A stretch of 64,000 nt of DNA, from assembly GCA_951406725.2 (NCBI GenBank), contig OX597823.1, forward strand, positions 11,966,001 to 12,030,000, in the 5' to 3' direction. This DNA is from Octopus vulgaris (lineage: Eukaryota). Position 1 is the first letter of the stretch; each line of letters begins with the position of its first letter. The notes under the pieces were generated by a model. The model was given only the letters and a program-made list of their open reading frames with translations, was not told the origin of the DNA and made no database searches. Below, one piece after another: positions 1 through 14,955 of this stretch. Both the position numbers and the translations under genes were made by a program.

Positions 1-1465
1 AATCATTGGACTGCGACCGAGCGCCATTTTGAAGGGCTTAGTCGTCCCCAGTACTTATTTGTTCATTGGAATTTAATACTTATATTTCTATCATACCAGA
101 CTAATACACTTTTACTAAACTGATACATTTCGAGGACATAACCAAGGCAAGTTATAATGAGAAGAGCAGAGATATATACGTACACATACCACGGGTTTCC
201 ACCCAGTTTCCGTGTACCAAATTCACTTCTATAACATTGGTCGGGCTGGGGCTGTGATAGAGGGCATTTTTCCCAAGTTGCCGCAGAGCGCTTCTAAACC
301 TGAAACCACGTAGTTGCGATGCGATCTTGTTAACCACTCAGTCATCCAATAATACTGAGAAATACCAATAACATTTCGAACATATTAACGAAAGCGAAGC
401 GATACAAAAACATTGTAATAATATTTGCAGACACATTTTGCTTAATCAAAGAAACAATGTTCTGGTACACACACTGTATTAAATGCATAATCACAGCTTT
501 GTCTGGGCCTGCAGTCTCAACACGCATACACGAAAAAGAGAAAAAATTTGCTTATTACTATCACGAACACGAAATAGCACATTTTGTATTTGCTAGAGTG
601 CACATAGATTGCACTTAAAGACAATTTGCAAATGAAATAAAAAAAATAATGAAAATGAAACAAAATGAGAATCGTTACATAGTCACTCGACCTGTTAGAA
701 ATAGCAGTCAAATATTATTCAACTCATTGTCTACTGTTTGAGGAACGACATGCTCCTAGATATTATTCTGCCCGAATAAAAGACGGAATAGTCAAGGCTA
801 GAATGCTTCTCATTATCGGTTTGCTCAGTTAGAGCTGATCCGGAGATAAACAACAACAAAAGCATACTGAACACGAAAGACCACCCGGACGTGTGCGGCT
901 GTAGTACAAGCAATTGTCCTATTTTATTGATTCTGTATTCTCTTATCAATTTTATCAATTTTATCACGACTACACGACAATTAAATGAGCTTTGATTGCA
1001 ATCCTCTATACAAATTCGAAGACATTCTTCAGCTGCTTAATCTTTTCATTGTTTTCTCTGTAAAACATCTTTAGTCCACTTTACGATGACTGCTTTTAGT
1101 TTGTGACAAGACAATGGACGTTGCAAAGACTCATACAGAGCAGAGAATTTGTAAAGTCTTTGCAGAAGTTTTCATAGTAGGTAGCTGGCTCTTTCTTACT
1201 ATTCAAAGACCCGCCATTAGCTTAGATTTTCTTTGATACTATTTTCATAAATCATAAAAAATACAACGTGAATTTACTTTCACAAATTCGAACTTTTCTA
1301 ACGGTTATTGAATTTGTCTTATTAACGCAGCAAATTTGCGTTCATATTGAAAGTTGCCCTCTCATAATCCAGTAAAACTCTGACTCCCTCGACCCATACG
1401 CACCAACTCTTATGTCTAGTCCTGTCTCTCTGGAACATCAACTCCATGGTTTCATCTCCCTGCAA

Positions 1466-1696
1466 GGCGGCGAGCTGGCAGAAATGTTAGCAGGTCGGGC
1501 GAAATGCGTGGCCGTATTTCGTCTGTGGTTACGTTCCGAGTTCAAATTCCGCCGAGGTCGACTTTGCCTTTCATCCTTTCGGGGTCGATAAATTAAGTAC
1601 CAGTTATGTACTGGAGTCGATGTAATCGACTTAATCCGTTTGTCTGTCCTTGTTTGTCCCCTCTGTGTTTAGCTCCTTGTGGGTAGTAAAGAAATA
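1466..1696 (+). mobile_element. SINE family B
   Basis: ggcggcgagctggcagaa...gagttcaaattcc (B box)...gtcgactttgcctttcatcctttcggggtcgataaattaagtaccag. Confidence 0.8.
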
Positions 1697-1901
1697 CATT
1701 TTACTATTTCTGTTAATATTTTCCTCCTCAAGAAAGCGCGGCTTTGATAAAAAAAAAAAAAGTAAAATGAAAACATTTAGTTGCAGACCTTTGCGATTAA
1801 AGTTCAAACAAGGCTGTCCCCAGGTTTCACCTAACATAGAAAACTCACTCTGTTGTTCCATTTGCGAGTATAAACAGATAAATCTTCCTCTTGGTACACA
1901 T

Positions 1902-2081
1902 GACGCAGGAGTGGGTGAATGGTAAGTAGCTTGATTACCGACCACGTAGTTTCGGGTTCAGTCCCACTGCATGGCACCTTGGGGCAAGTGTCTTCTACTT
2001 TAGCCCCGGGTTAACCAAAGCCTTATGAGTGGATTTGGTAGACGGAAACTGAAAGAATCCCGGCGTTTATATGCATGTATG

Positions 2082-2134
<53 letters not shown>

Positions 2135-2350
2135 GTGTATGTATATGTTTGTGTGTCTTTGTTTCCCCCCCCCCTCCCCAACATCGCTTGACTACCCATG
2201 CTGGCATGTTTACGTCTCCGTAATTTAGCGGTTCGGAAAAAAGAGAACCGATAGAATAAGTCCTGGGGCCGGTTTGCTCGACTAAAAGGCGGTGCTCCAG
2301 CATGGCCGCAACCAAATGACTGAAGCAAGTAAAAGAGTAAAAAGAGAGTA
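1902..2350 (+). mobile_element. tRNA-derived SINE family A (internal microsatellite, CR1-type tail)
   Basis: A/B-box-like head, conserved body, tail ending in (AAGAGTAA)-type repeats. Confidence 0.85.
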
Positions 2351-3098
2351 TGTCAATCTTAAAAAAAAAGGAAGAGCGCATTGGATAAAAAAAATGGCAC
2401 CCCACCTCCGAATAAAAAAACAAAAAAAAACAAAAGAAAAAAGAAAAAGAACAAAAGAAAAGACCTGGTGTTTACATTGGAAAACTTTTGTCTTCTCCAC
2501 GAGGAGTTAAACAAAACTAGAGACAAAACTTACGAGTACCAGTCATAAACTGTGGGTCAAAATATTTTACTAAATTTGTGTTTGTGACAATGGAATAAAT
2601 TACCACTTATGTATTTCACTATGTCATGTTTGTGAGACCGGTCCAAAATCTTTGAAGAGCTCCAAATCTTCCAACTATAATTTGCATGTTTTCTTCATTA
2701 GCCCAATTCCAGATGGCATCGAGGTCTTACTACAGATTATTAATGTTATTAAAACCCTTGATTTCTTGGAAAATGTGAGGTCGTTATCATAGCTGGTTCT
2801 TACGGCTGCTTTCATATTCTTTGATATTCAAATATATGTCTGCTAAAGTTGTTAAAGACAGAAATGATCGCAGGATAGATTTTTAAACTATACCCATGTG
2901 GTTTGGTGAAATGCTTTAGAAGGGGCACTGTTAACTCCAACAGCTTAAGTGTGGTCCTTTAAAAAAAACACGCACCAAAATATGGTGTGGAATAATGGGA
3001 TATACATACGCATATACACACATGCATTCGTACACACACATACATCCTTGTTTTTCTCTCTTTTTATACGCACATAAACATACACATATATACAGATG

Positions 3099-3130
<32 letters not shown>

Positions 3131-3148
3131 AATATGTATAAATATATC

Positions 3149-3201
<53 letters not shown>

Positions 3202-3202
<1 letters not shown>

Positions 3203-3558
3203 GGCGTAGGAGTGGCTGTGTGGTAAGTAGCTTGCTTACCAACCACATGGCTCCGGGTTCAGTCCCACTGCGTGGCACCTTGAGCAAGTGTCTTCTACTA
3301 TAGACTCGGGCCGACCAAAGCCTTGTGAGTGGATTTGGTAGACGGAAACTGAAAGAAGCCCATCGTATGTGTGTTTGTGTGTTTGTGCCCCCACCCCCCA
3401 CAACATTGCTTGACAACCGATAGTGGTGTGTTTACGTCCCCATAAAAAGAGACCGATAGAATAAGTACTAGGCTTACAAAGAAGTTCTGGGGTCTCCAGG
3501 TGGTGCTCCAGCATGACCGCTGTCAAATGACTGAGACAAGTAAAAGGGTAAAGAGTAT
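3202..3558 (+). mobile_element. SINE-A
   Basis: Same consensus; (TA)n on both sides. Confidence 0.85.
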
Positions 3559-3561
3559 ATG

Positions 3562-3639
<78 letters not shown>

Positions 3640-3642
<3 letters not shown>

Positions 3643-3981
3643 TGGTGACCCCCTTCGGTCAGACACTGACCATGGGTTAGCACCTAGAGAGTTACCCTCT
3701 GAGGCACAAGTCTGGGCAAGGTTGTTTTATGGAAGACCAGCAGTCGCCCATGCATACCGGCCTCCCCTCTCCACGTCACCGATGTTGTCCAAGGGAAAGG
3801 CAAGGGCCGATACAGCTTGGCACCTGTGACGTCGCAACTCATTTCTACAGCTGAGTGAACTGGAGCAACGTGAAATAAAGTGTCTTGCTCAAGAACACAA
3901 CACGTACCCCGGTCCGGGATTCGAGCTCACAACCTCACGATCGTAAGCTCGACGCTCTAACCACTGAGCCACGTGCCTTCA
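3640..3981 (-). mobile_element. tRNA-Arg-like SINE with CORE-like middle and a different 3' module
   Basis: Head and middle shared with 40400-40545; inserted in (TA)n. Confidence 0.75.
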
Positions 3982-3994
3982 TATATATATATAC

Positions 3995-4069
<75 letters not shown>

Positions 4070-4070
4070 C

Positions 4071-4125
<55 letters not shown>

Positions 4126-4126
4126 C

Positions 4127-4220
<94 letters not shown>

Positions 4221-4506
4221 GTATGCGTGAATAGCGAAAGAGAGAGAGAGGATGGCTGAAACTTAACTATACACATAATAAATACGGCATACTTAAGTAC
4301 ATGCCACATAGAACTAGAGCAGTGAAGAGGTAAAATCTTCAATCCCAGCAGTGTTTACGAACAAGATTAGTCGCAGCTTGCAACCGTCAATTCCCGTTTC
4401 TTAGGTGATACGTAGGTAGGGAGTGTTTGCACGCCTATCTCTCTAACTATTTCATGACTTTTCAGTTGGACGATGATTATTTCTTAAGTACACGTCCCCT
4501 ACAGCC

Positions 4507-4562
<56 letters not shown>

Positions 4563-5227
4563 TATTTTTTATAAACCATTCCCTTGAAAGATGAAAAGCG
4601 AAGTCTCCTTTCATTTGGCAAAGATTCAAGAGTGTGCGTATTTTTGGTCAAGTAATTTTGTGTTATCTTCCTTAATCTCTCATATCCTCAATTTTTTTTT
4701 ACACGCACTCGCACACACGCGCGCGCTCGCGTGTGTGAGCATGTTCTAAGTCTGGTATGTGTAGTTAAGTATATAATCTAGAGTCGGACAGATTAATGTT
4801 TACATGTGTGTGCATAGGTCAAGCTCCTTTATTTCTGTTTCCTTAGTAAAAAATGTAAATTTTGCTCCTTTCTTCAACTAATATGGTTTCATCCACTTTG
4901 AATAATCAATATATATATATATATATATATATTAAATTAGAGATAAAACCACTATTAGGCAAATGAAACAGTGAAAAACATAAGCCAATACATAAAATTA
5001 ATTTAAAAATATAAAAGTTAAAAATTATTTAAATAACTTAAACTTATAAATTTTATATATATATACAAATATATATATGTATGTATGTATATTTTTATAT
5101 TTATATATTATTTAATTAATTAATTAATTAATTTATTTATTTATTTATTTTATTTTATTTATTTTATTTTTTATTTATTTTTTTAAATATCAAAAGTATT
5201 AAAAGTTTAATAAAAGATAAAGAGTAA

Positions 5228-5324
5228 AACACTACGATCGTTTCATGGCTGTACCAATTCGAATAACAATAATTTAAATTCAATTTATAATTCGAGTTAT
5301 GGTTACAGTCAATCTTCAGGTTAA
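5228..5324 (-). ncRNA. Hammerhead candidate with long stem II
   Basis: CUGAAGA, then a hairpin of about 68 nt, then GAAAC-GAUC-GUA; palindromic ACGAUCGU; weak stem I. Confidence 0.55.
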
Positions 5325-5645
5325 TTGAAATATTTTTAAAATAATCAGAAATAAGATATAAATAATATAATAATTTTACTTATAATAAACTCTATTATCA
5401 AACTAGAAACTTAAAACTTAACAATATATATATATGTATTGTTAATCCAAACATGAACAAAGAGAAAACACAACAACGCGAGGACGTGGAACAAGTATAG
5501 TGTTATTGGACGCTCAGAATAGGAAAGAAAGAAGGAGGATCTAACATTTCGAGCGGAGCTCTTCGTCAAAAACATAGGAAAAGGAAAGATCCAAGGAAGA
5601 GAAGACGGAGAAAGAAAATCGCCAACGATACACACACACACACAC

Positions 5646-5702
<57 letters not shown>

Positions 5703-5813
5703 TACTCTGTTTTACTCTCTTTTACTTGTTTCTGTCATTTGACTGCGGTAATGCTGGAGCACCTCCTTTAGGCCAGCAAAGTGATATTGGCGGACAAACA
5801 CATATACACACAC

Positions 5814-5859
<46 letters not shown>

Positions 5860-5982
5860 TAAATATATATGTATGTATGTAAGTATGTATATATATATAT
5901 ATATATATAAAATATGAATTAGAGATAAAACCACTATTATGCAACTCAGACAGTGATAGACATAAACCAATACATAAATTAG

Positions 5983-6023
<41 letters not shown>

Positions 6024-6686
6024 TTTCTTTTTTTTAAATATATAACCTATAACTAGATCTCAAAAAGTATAAAATGAATGATAAATATATAATATAAGTG
6101 AAAACACTACGTACGTAGTATTTTTACTTATTACACTATTTGCTTATTTTTTTAACTATTATCATTAACCTAAAGATTGACTATAATTTTAATTCGAATT
6201 TATTTCAATTGAATTTAGACTTAATTGTAATTCGAGTTTGATTGTAGCCTCTCCCAAAATTTCAGCAAAAGAGACCAATAGAATAAGTACTAGGCTTAAA
6301 ACGAATAAGCCCTGGGGTAGATTTCCTCGACTAAAGGCGGTGCTCTAGCATGGCCACAGTCAAATGACTGAAACAAGTAACAGAGTAAAAAGAGTATAGC
6401 TGCATCGGTTATGTACCAAAGAATTTGCGCAAAAACCTGGAAATATTCGACTTCACGGAGAATGAGCAAAAGGAACAGACGTGGATTCTCCAAATCCATT
6501 CTATTTGTGACAGAGTGAAGATTTCTAAAACATTCCCAAAATTCTCCATCTGGGATTTGCTTCGTCAGTTCAATCGACGCACCAACTCAACCACATATTT
6601 ACGAATTCCGGGAAGTCACTTAACTCAAAAAGCTTTGTTACTTTGTTAGCGGTCGGCTTGAACTCTCTCAAAGAAAAACACACACA

Positions 6687-6764
<78 letters not shown>

Positions 6765-7157
6765 ATTTAAGGTGTATTCCGTTAGGAACGTATTAGAATG
6801 CAAAACAGAGCTCGTTCACCCTTAGAATTAAACTTGAAATCCTGTATATATGTAGATCTATGTTGTATCGAAACATGTGTAGTGTTTATTAAATACCTGT
6901 CTAAACGTACTCCTTCTTCTTCACTCTATTTTATTTAATCCGTGCTGCATCTGCAGATGCAGCACGGATTTTTGTCAGTGAACAGGTCGCGGATTTTAGC
7001 GACGAAAATATTTTGACAAATTAAACTTAAATGTTGAAGTGAATCGAACGGCTTTTGTGTGTTTCTTAAATGGCTTACAAACACCTTCCACGCTGCAATT
7101 GTTTTCGTTCCAGCACACGATCTCAGATAAAATCACTTGCTATGCGAGTACATCCCG

Positions 7158-7225
<68 letters not shown>

Positions 7226-8129
7226 ATATATATATGTATATATATATATATGTATATTTATGTATATATATGTATACATATATATATGTGTGTATGTGTG
7301 TGTATGTATGTAACGCACAGTTTGAATATAGAAAATTTCACTCACAGGACAGAAGTCGCTTACTTGCAGGAAAGTACCAAACAGTGAAATCGAACCGAAA
7401 CCAATATTGTGAGACAAAATTCCTCACCACACACCTACACATATGCTTATTAATGTCTCATGCATACTATCTAATGCCCTTTGACCTAACAAGCGGATTT
7501 CTTCGTAGCCGAGCGACTTACATGAAATGAGACCTTATATCATCTTCAAGATTGTATGAGGTGGTCACGGATGGAGGAATTTCGATCAAGTGTTTGCTCA
7601 ACCAACGTAATGATATTTGGCTGAACAACAACAGAAGCGACTGCAATTCTTTGCATTTGTGGAGAAACAGGTTAACTTCTAAAGTTTTAAGTATCACAGG
7701 AATTTGAACATCTTTAAACAGACATGAAGAGAGAAGGTCAGAAATAAGCGAGTCTCTCTACGGCGTAAAAATATAAATTTATTGCGTTTGTGGAACGATG
7801 TTCTCATAAAAGACGAAGAAGTGCAGTAGAGTTGCGTGAAATAAAAGACGCGGTGACCGTTAGTGTCAGCCGAAAACTCAATCAGTAAACCTAGTGCAGA
7901 GTTTATTATCAATACGGCAGCGAGTAATGAAAACGAATTTAAATATCCCTTGAATAGACATATATTTCATTTATTTGTCTATGACAAATACAATAGTAGT
8001 GAACTGGTGCATTGATTGGAACCCTCGCTGAAATAACGGTATAAACCGTTAATAAAGAAAAAAATCAATATCTGACTGCAACAATAATGCGCATACATAC
8101 ATACATACATGTATGTATGTATGTATGTA

Positions 8130-8677
<548 letters not shown>

Positions 8678-8711
8678 ATATGAATGAATATACACTTGTA
8701 TATAATGTATG

Positions 8712-8767
<56 letters not shown>

Positions 8768-8897
8768 CGTATATATATATATATGTATATATATATGTAT
8801 ATATATGTATATATATATATGTATATATATATATGTACATATATATGTATATATATATATATGTATATATATATATGTATATATATATATATGTACA

Positions 8898-8952
<55 letters not shown>

Positions 8953-9032
8953 GTATATATATATATATGTACATATATGTATATATATATGTATAAATAT
9001 ATGTATATATATATATATGTATATATATATGT

Positions 9033-9196
9033 AGGCGCAGGAGTGGCTGTGTGGTAAGTAGCTTGCTAACCAACCTCATGGTTCCGGGTTCAGTCCCACT
9101 GCGTGGCATCTTGGGCAAGTGTCTTCTGCTATAGCCCCGGGCCGACCAATGCCTTGTGAGTGGATTTGGTAGACGGAAACTGAAAGAAGCCCGTCG

Positions 9197-9227
<31 letters not shown>

Positions 9228-9455
9228 GTATGTGTGATTGTGTGTTTGTGTTTGTCCCCCTAGCATTGCTTGACAACCGATGCTGGTGTGTTTACGTCCC
9301 CGTCACTTAGCGGTTCGGCAAAAAGAGACCGATAGAATAAGTACTGGGCTTACAAAGAATAAGTCCCGGGGTCGATTTGCTCGACTAAAGGCGGTGCTCC
9401 AGCATGGTCGCAGTCAAATGACTGAAACAAGTAAAAGAGTAAAAGAGAGAGAGTA
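9033..9455 (+). mobile_element. SINE-A, full-length and close to consensus
   Basis: aggcgcaggagtggctgtgtgg...ggttcagtccc...ggcggtgctccagcatgg...gtaaaagagt. Confidence 0.9.
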
Positions 9456-10774
9456 TACATTATTTATTTATTCATCAGGGAATAAAAATTCCGGCATCAC
9501 AGGGTTTCAAATTATTCTCAATGAGGAAATATATATGTTATTTAGAGATAGTAGTTCCCTTCATCACACCATATAAAAGAATTTTAATTTAATACTTACT
9601 ACTCATTTCTCAGCTACACGTGTTTCTTGAGGTTCTTTTACAGTTCCTTAATCACGCAGAGTTTTACAGGAACTTAATCCGTTTGTCTGCCCTTGTTTGT
9701 CCTCTCTGTGTTTAGCCCCTTGTGGGTAGTAAAGAAATAGATACATACTCATACATGCAAAAATACCTTGTTGAAATTCCAATGAAGGAAACTTGGATCT
9801 AGGTTAGATTGGTAACAAATCTTGAAGTAAAACTTCAAACTTGTCAGGCGAAATACCTTGTGTAATTTTGTTGTATCCCTTTAGTTTCGGGGTTCAAATC
9901 TCGTCCAAATCTAATTTACCTCTCAATATTCCAAGGGCCGATGAAATAATTACCAATCAAGTATTGAGTAGAAGACTGTAGCTTTTACCAAAAATTTACA
10001 GATTTGTATAATTCATAGAAATCAATGTAGTTGGTAATGACAGTTTTGACTATACTGTGTGAATCGTCTGCTGATAATTATTAAGAAAAATGAAATGAAA
10101 ATTCTGAAAGAGAGTAAACTGTCCCCCAGCAAAGCTACGCTGAAGCTTAGAGCTCAGAATAGAATTACGAACAAGCTGAATACAAAAGGAAAAGCTATTG
10201 CTACCGTCAAAACAGCATGATTCAAAATGGAGTACGTCTGTAAAGCCAGGACGAAAGGTTAGCGTTATACATTATTAAGAAACTCAGGTCAGTTCAGCAA
10301 AAAGCATTTAGAATCAATATAGTTGACGAAGCAGGGGATTAACATCCTACATCTGTTGAGACAGGTTACAACAACAATAATTGTCTACAAAATGCATTCA
10401 GTATATTAACTTATAGAAATCCTTCTAAGTATGAAAGACAACCCAAACACAGCCATCACATTCACGCTCTGATATAGCCGCTCAAATGTATGAAGTTAAA
10501 ACAGTGGTATATAATTTACTATTATAGTTGAAAACACACACGCATACATACACGAACGAACACATGCACACACACATATAACACATTACACTTCCATATT
10601 TTTGTTATCATTCCCTCTTTGTAGTTATCTCTCCCTTTTAGCCTACATATGTGTTGGCTAATATATATATATATATGGACTGCCATATTAGATTGGCGAT
10701 AACTATTAATATCCAGTAACGCTGCCGTAATCTCCTTTAGAGAGACTTAGTAATTTTAATATTTCTATTATATA

Positions 10775-11119
10775 TCTATATATATAAAAGAGAGGTTGTG
10801 TGCAGTGTAACCAAAAGCGGGTATCTTATAGTCGTGATTCATATCGAGCCCTTCTGGGTATTAGCGCGCGTCTACGATGAGTCTGCGATTAAAAAAAAAT
10901 TTACCATAATTTTTCCGCATTTTAAATGCATTTTCGCTCGGTTTATATAAGGGAAGTAACTCTAAAAATGTATTATTAAATCTCAGAACATAAAAAGCTA
11001 CAGTAACATCCCCCTTTGTGGTTAGCCATATTGACATGGCTATTATACTTTACATCTCTAAAAATGCTTATATAGTTATTTCCCTTACAAACCCGAGCAA
11101 CGCCGGGCGATACTGCTAG
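10775..11119 (+). mobile_element. Non-autonomous Helitron, family H1
   Basis: 5' TC, 3' hairpin cccgagcaacgccggg followed by cgatactgCTAG, A|T target, no TSD. Confidence 0.85.
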
Positions 11120-11150
11120 TGTATATATATATATATATATATCTACCTAC

Positions 11151-11214
<64 letters not shown>

Positions 11215-11614
11215 AGGTGTAGGAGTGTTTGTGTGGTAAGTAGCTTGCTTACGAACCACATGGTTCCGGGTTCAGTCCCACTACGTGGCACTTTGGGCAA
11301 CTGTCTCCTACCATAGCCTCGGGTCGACCAAAGTCTTGTGAGTGGATTTGGTAGACGGAAACTGAAAGAAGACCGTCGTATATATGTACGTATATATGTA
11401 TGTATATATGTTTGTGCGTATGTCTTTGTCCCTCCACAACATCGCTTGACAGCCGATGCTGGTGTGTTTACGTCCCCGTAACTTAGTGGTTCGGCAAAAG
11501 AGACCGATAGAATAAGTACTGGGCTTACAAAGAATAAGTCCTGGGGTCGATTTGCTCGACTAAAGACGGTGCTCCAGCATGGCCACTGTCATATGACTGA
11601 AACAAGTAAAAAGA

Positions 11615-11617
<3 letters not shown>
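11215..11617 (+). mobile_element. SINE-A
   Basis: Same consensus. Confidence 0.85.
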
Positions 11618-11651
<34 letters not shown>

Positions 11652-11671
11652 TAGATAGATAGATATATTTC

Positions 11672-12072
11672 ATCTTTTATCTTTCACTTGGCTTCAATCG
11701 TTAGACTGTGGCCATGCTGGTGCACCGTCTTGAACTTTTAGTCGAAAGAACCGACCCCAGTACTTACATTTTAAGTGTGGTACTTATTCTATCGGTCTTT
11801 TTGCCGAACCGCTAAGATACGGGGACGTAAACAGACCAACACCGCTTGTCAAACGGTAATGTGGGGACAAACACAGACACAAAAACAAATACACTCACAC
11901 ACACACATATACGACGGGCTTCTCTCAGTTTCCGTTCACCAAATCCACTCACAAGGCTTTGGTCGACCCGCGGCTGTGGTAGGAGACACTTGCCCAAGGT
12001 GTCACGCAGTAGGACTGAGCCCGGAACCTCGTGGTTGGGAAACAAGCTTCTTACCACACAGCCACTCCTACC
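11672..12072 (-). mobile_element. SINE-A, older copy, convergent with the previous one
   Basis: Reverse complement of consensus. Confidence 0.8.
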
Positions 12073-12129
12073 TCTATTTATAGATATAAAATCAATATGT
12101 TGTGAGACGAGAAACTTGCGCACTTTCAA

Positions 12130-13050
12130 AAAGAATCGCTCATGGCATCTAAAGCGACTAGTAACTCTAGAAGTAACTATTGACAAAAAACCTCAGTTAG
12201 GGGGGGGCCACATCAACAACAAAGTTGATATAGCTGGCAAGATGATCTCTTGGATTCTTAGAACGTTCCAGTTCAATCTTGTCTGGAATAATGTTACCAA
12301 TCACATGGTCCCGGGTTCATTCCCACTGAGTGGCACCTTGGACTAGTGTCTTCTGCTATAGCCTCGGGCCGACCAAAGCCTTGTGGGTGGATTTGGTAGC
12401 AGAAACTGAAATAAGCCCGTCGTATACTCATATGTGTGAGTGTCCATCGCTTGAAACCAATGCTGGTGTGTTTACGTCCCCGTAACTTAGCGGTTCGACA
12501 AAAGAGATCCAATAGAATAAGTACTAGGCTTACAAAGAATAAGTCCTGGGGCCGATTTGTTCGACTAAAGGTGGCTGTCAAATGACTGAAACAAATAAAA
12601 GTATAAAAAATTAAATGGCACGAGAGGCCTTAATTACTGGGACCACCTCAAACCGGTCTGGCTCTTTTCCTTCCATCGCAGTTATGAGCCCATGATCCTT
12701 ACATCATTGTAGAAAATACACCAACAGCATTATACAAATGATCTTAATATCAAATTTAAAAACCATTCACGTTGGGGCCCCATGTCACAGGGCCTGACTC
12801 AAACCAAACTCACAGCGCATAGATACAATACGGTAGAACTATCTTACCTCAAGGGACCCAGCTTTGTTTAACATTATGCCGAAACAAATGAAAGAAGTAA
12901 AAGACCCTATAAGCTTCAAACGGCACCAGCAGAAATCCCTCCACAGAATACAAAATAAACCACCTGCACCTGGATACGTTTCGACCAACAATTTTAGCGT
13001 ATTTTAAGTTATAGCGACACAAGCTATCACCTAACCATAACTAAGAACTT
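12130..13050 (+). pseudogene. Old CR1-like RT C-terminal relic interrupted by a SINE
   Basis: HINNKVDIAGKMISWILRTF before the SINE; weak similarity to the YWERL and RGPQLFNILP regions after it. Confidence 0.55.
12296..12605 (+). mobile_element. SINE-A, 5'-truncated, inside the CR1 relic
   Basis: Consensus match. Confidence 0.8.
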
Positions 13051-13250
13051 AACAAGGCGTTGCTAACCGACCTAACGAGGCAGCCTCTCTATACGGTCGA
13101 TTTTACTTAAGTCCCGTCATTATATTAAATTAAGGAAAAACATAGTATATGGACCAATGAAGCCTTAAATATACAAAGAGATGTGTTAAACGTGGCTGAA
13201 ATACTTTTGACTGTAGGTTAGCTCAGCAGCAACAGCAGCAGCAGCAATAA

Positions 13251-13325
<75 letters not shown>

Positions 13326-13709
13326 CACCACTACTACTACTACCACCACTACTACTACTACAGGTGTTTATTCCAAGTGTTCTTGCTACCACATGCGAAG
13401 TTTTTGTAATTGCTTAATCTAAAGACTTGAAGAGGAAATAATTATTTTCCATATGTATGTATGTATGTATGTATGTATTTATGTATGTATGTATGTATGT
13501 ATTTATGTATGAACGTATGTATGCATGCATGTATGTATGTATGCTTGTATATATGCATGTGTATATGCGTGTGTATATGTGTGTGTATGTATCTTTTGTT
13601 TGTGTTAATGTTTCTCCTCTCTTTCTTTCTCTTTCAACATCGCTTTCATTCCATCTTGTTCTTAATTTCCTTCATTTTCCCTGTTCGTTTTATCCTCACC
13701 TTTTTCCTT

Positions 13710-13809
13710 ATCTTTCTTTCTTCCTTTCTTTCTTTCTTTCTTTTATTCCTTCTTTCTTTCTTTCTTTCTTCCTTCCTTCCTTCCTTCCTTCCTTTCTTCC
13801 TTCCTTCCT

Positions 13810-13847
<38 letters not shown>

Positions 13848-14442
13848 TTCCTTCCTTTCTTCCTTCCTTTCTTCCTTCCTTCCTTCCTTCCTTCCTTCCA
13901 TCCTTTCTTTCTTTCTTTCTTTCTGTTTTCCTTTCTTCCTTCCTTCCTTCCTTCTTTCCTTTCTTTCTTTCTTCCTTCCTTTCTTCTTTCCTTCCTTCCT
14001 TTCTTCCTTCCTTTCTTCTTTCCTTCCTTCCTTCCTTTCTTCTTTCCTTCCTTCCTTCCTTCCTTCCTTCCTTCTTTCCTTTCTTTCTTTCTTCCTTCCT
14101 TTCTTCTTTCCTTCCTTCCTTTCTTCCTTCCTTTCTTCTTTCCTTCCTTCCTTCCTTTCTTCTTTCCTTCCTTCCTTCCTTCCTTCCTTCCTTCCTTCTT
14201 TCTTCCTTTCTTCCTTTCTTCCTTCCTTCCTTTCTTCCTTCCTTCCTTCTTTCTTTCTTCCTTCTTTCTTTCTTCCTTCCTTTCTTCCTTCCTTCCTTCT
14301 TTCTTCCTTCTTTCTTCCTTCCTTCCTTTCTTCCTTCCTTCCTTCCTTCCTTTCTTCCTTCCTTCCTTCCTTCCTTCCTTCCTTCCTTCCTTTCTTCCTT
14401 CCTTCCTTCCTTCCTTCCTTCCTTTCTTTCTCTCTCTTTCTT
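13710..14442. repeat. Polypyrimidine (CTTC/CTTT)n array
   Basis: About 730 bp of nearly pure C/T. Confidence 0.95.
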
Positions 14443-14919
14443 CGTATTTATTTATTTATTTATTTGCAAACGTGTATTTTTGCGTTTAATTCCTCACAAA
14501 CTGATGTCTGGTTTGCTAAGGGAGTGGAGTGGTTGGTTCTACAACGAAGCCATTTTAACGCGTTCGCTGACAAAAGCGGTTTAAGAAATCACACAGAGAG
14601 AGAGAACGAGCGAGTGAAAGAAACAAAAGACTGAAGCTGGTTGCCAGGGTATGGGGACGGGTGTAACTTAACAAGATCAGGGTGGAGAATGAAGAAACAA
14701 ATAGCAGAACACAATACAAATATACGTCCATTCAATCATTTATTCCTTCTTTCATTCATACATGCATGCATATGTGTGTGTCTGTGTATGTGTGTGTGTA
14801 TGTGTGTGTGTGTGTATGTGTGTGTGTATGTGTGTATGTGTGCGTGTATGTGTGTGTGTATGTGTGTGTGTGTATGTGTGTATGTGTGTGTGTATGTGTA
14901 TGTGTGTGTGTGTATGTGT

Positions 14920-14955
<36 letters not shown>

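Noticed and set aside
731-967. Hydrophobic 78-aa ORF or possible terminal exon in unique DNA
   Set aside because: No recognisable domain and only a weak splice signal; unsupported without transcripts.
11775-12083. Recurrent peptide [35 protein letters not shown] (also near 21393, 35448, 44420, 61691)
   Set aside because: Antisense translation of the SINE-A head, not a protein family.
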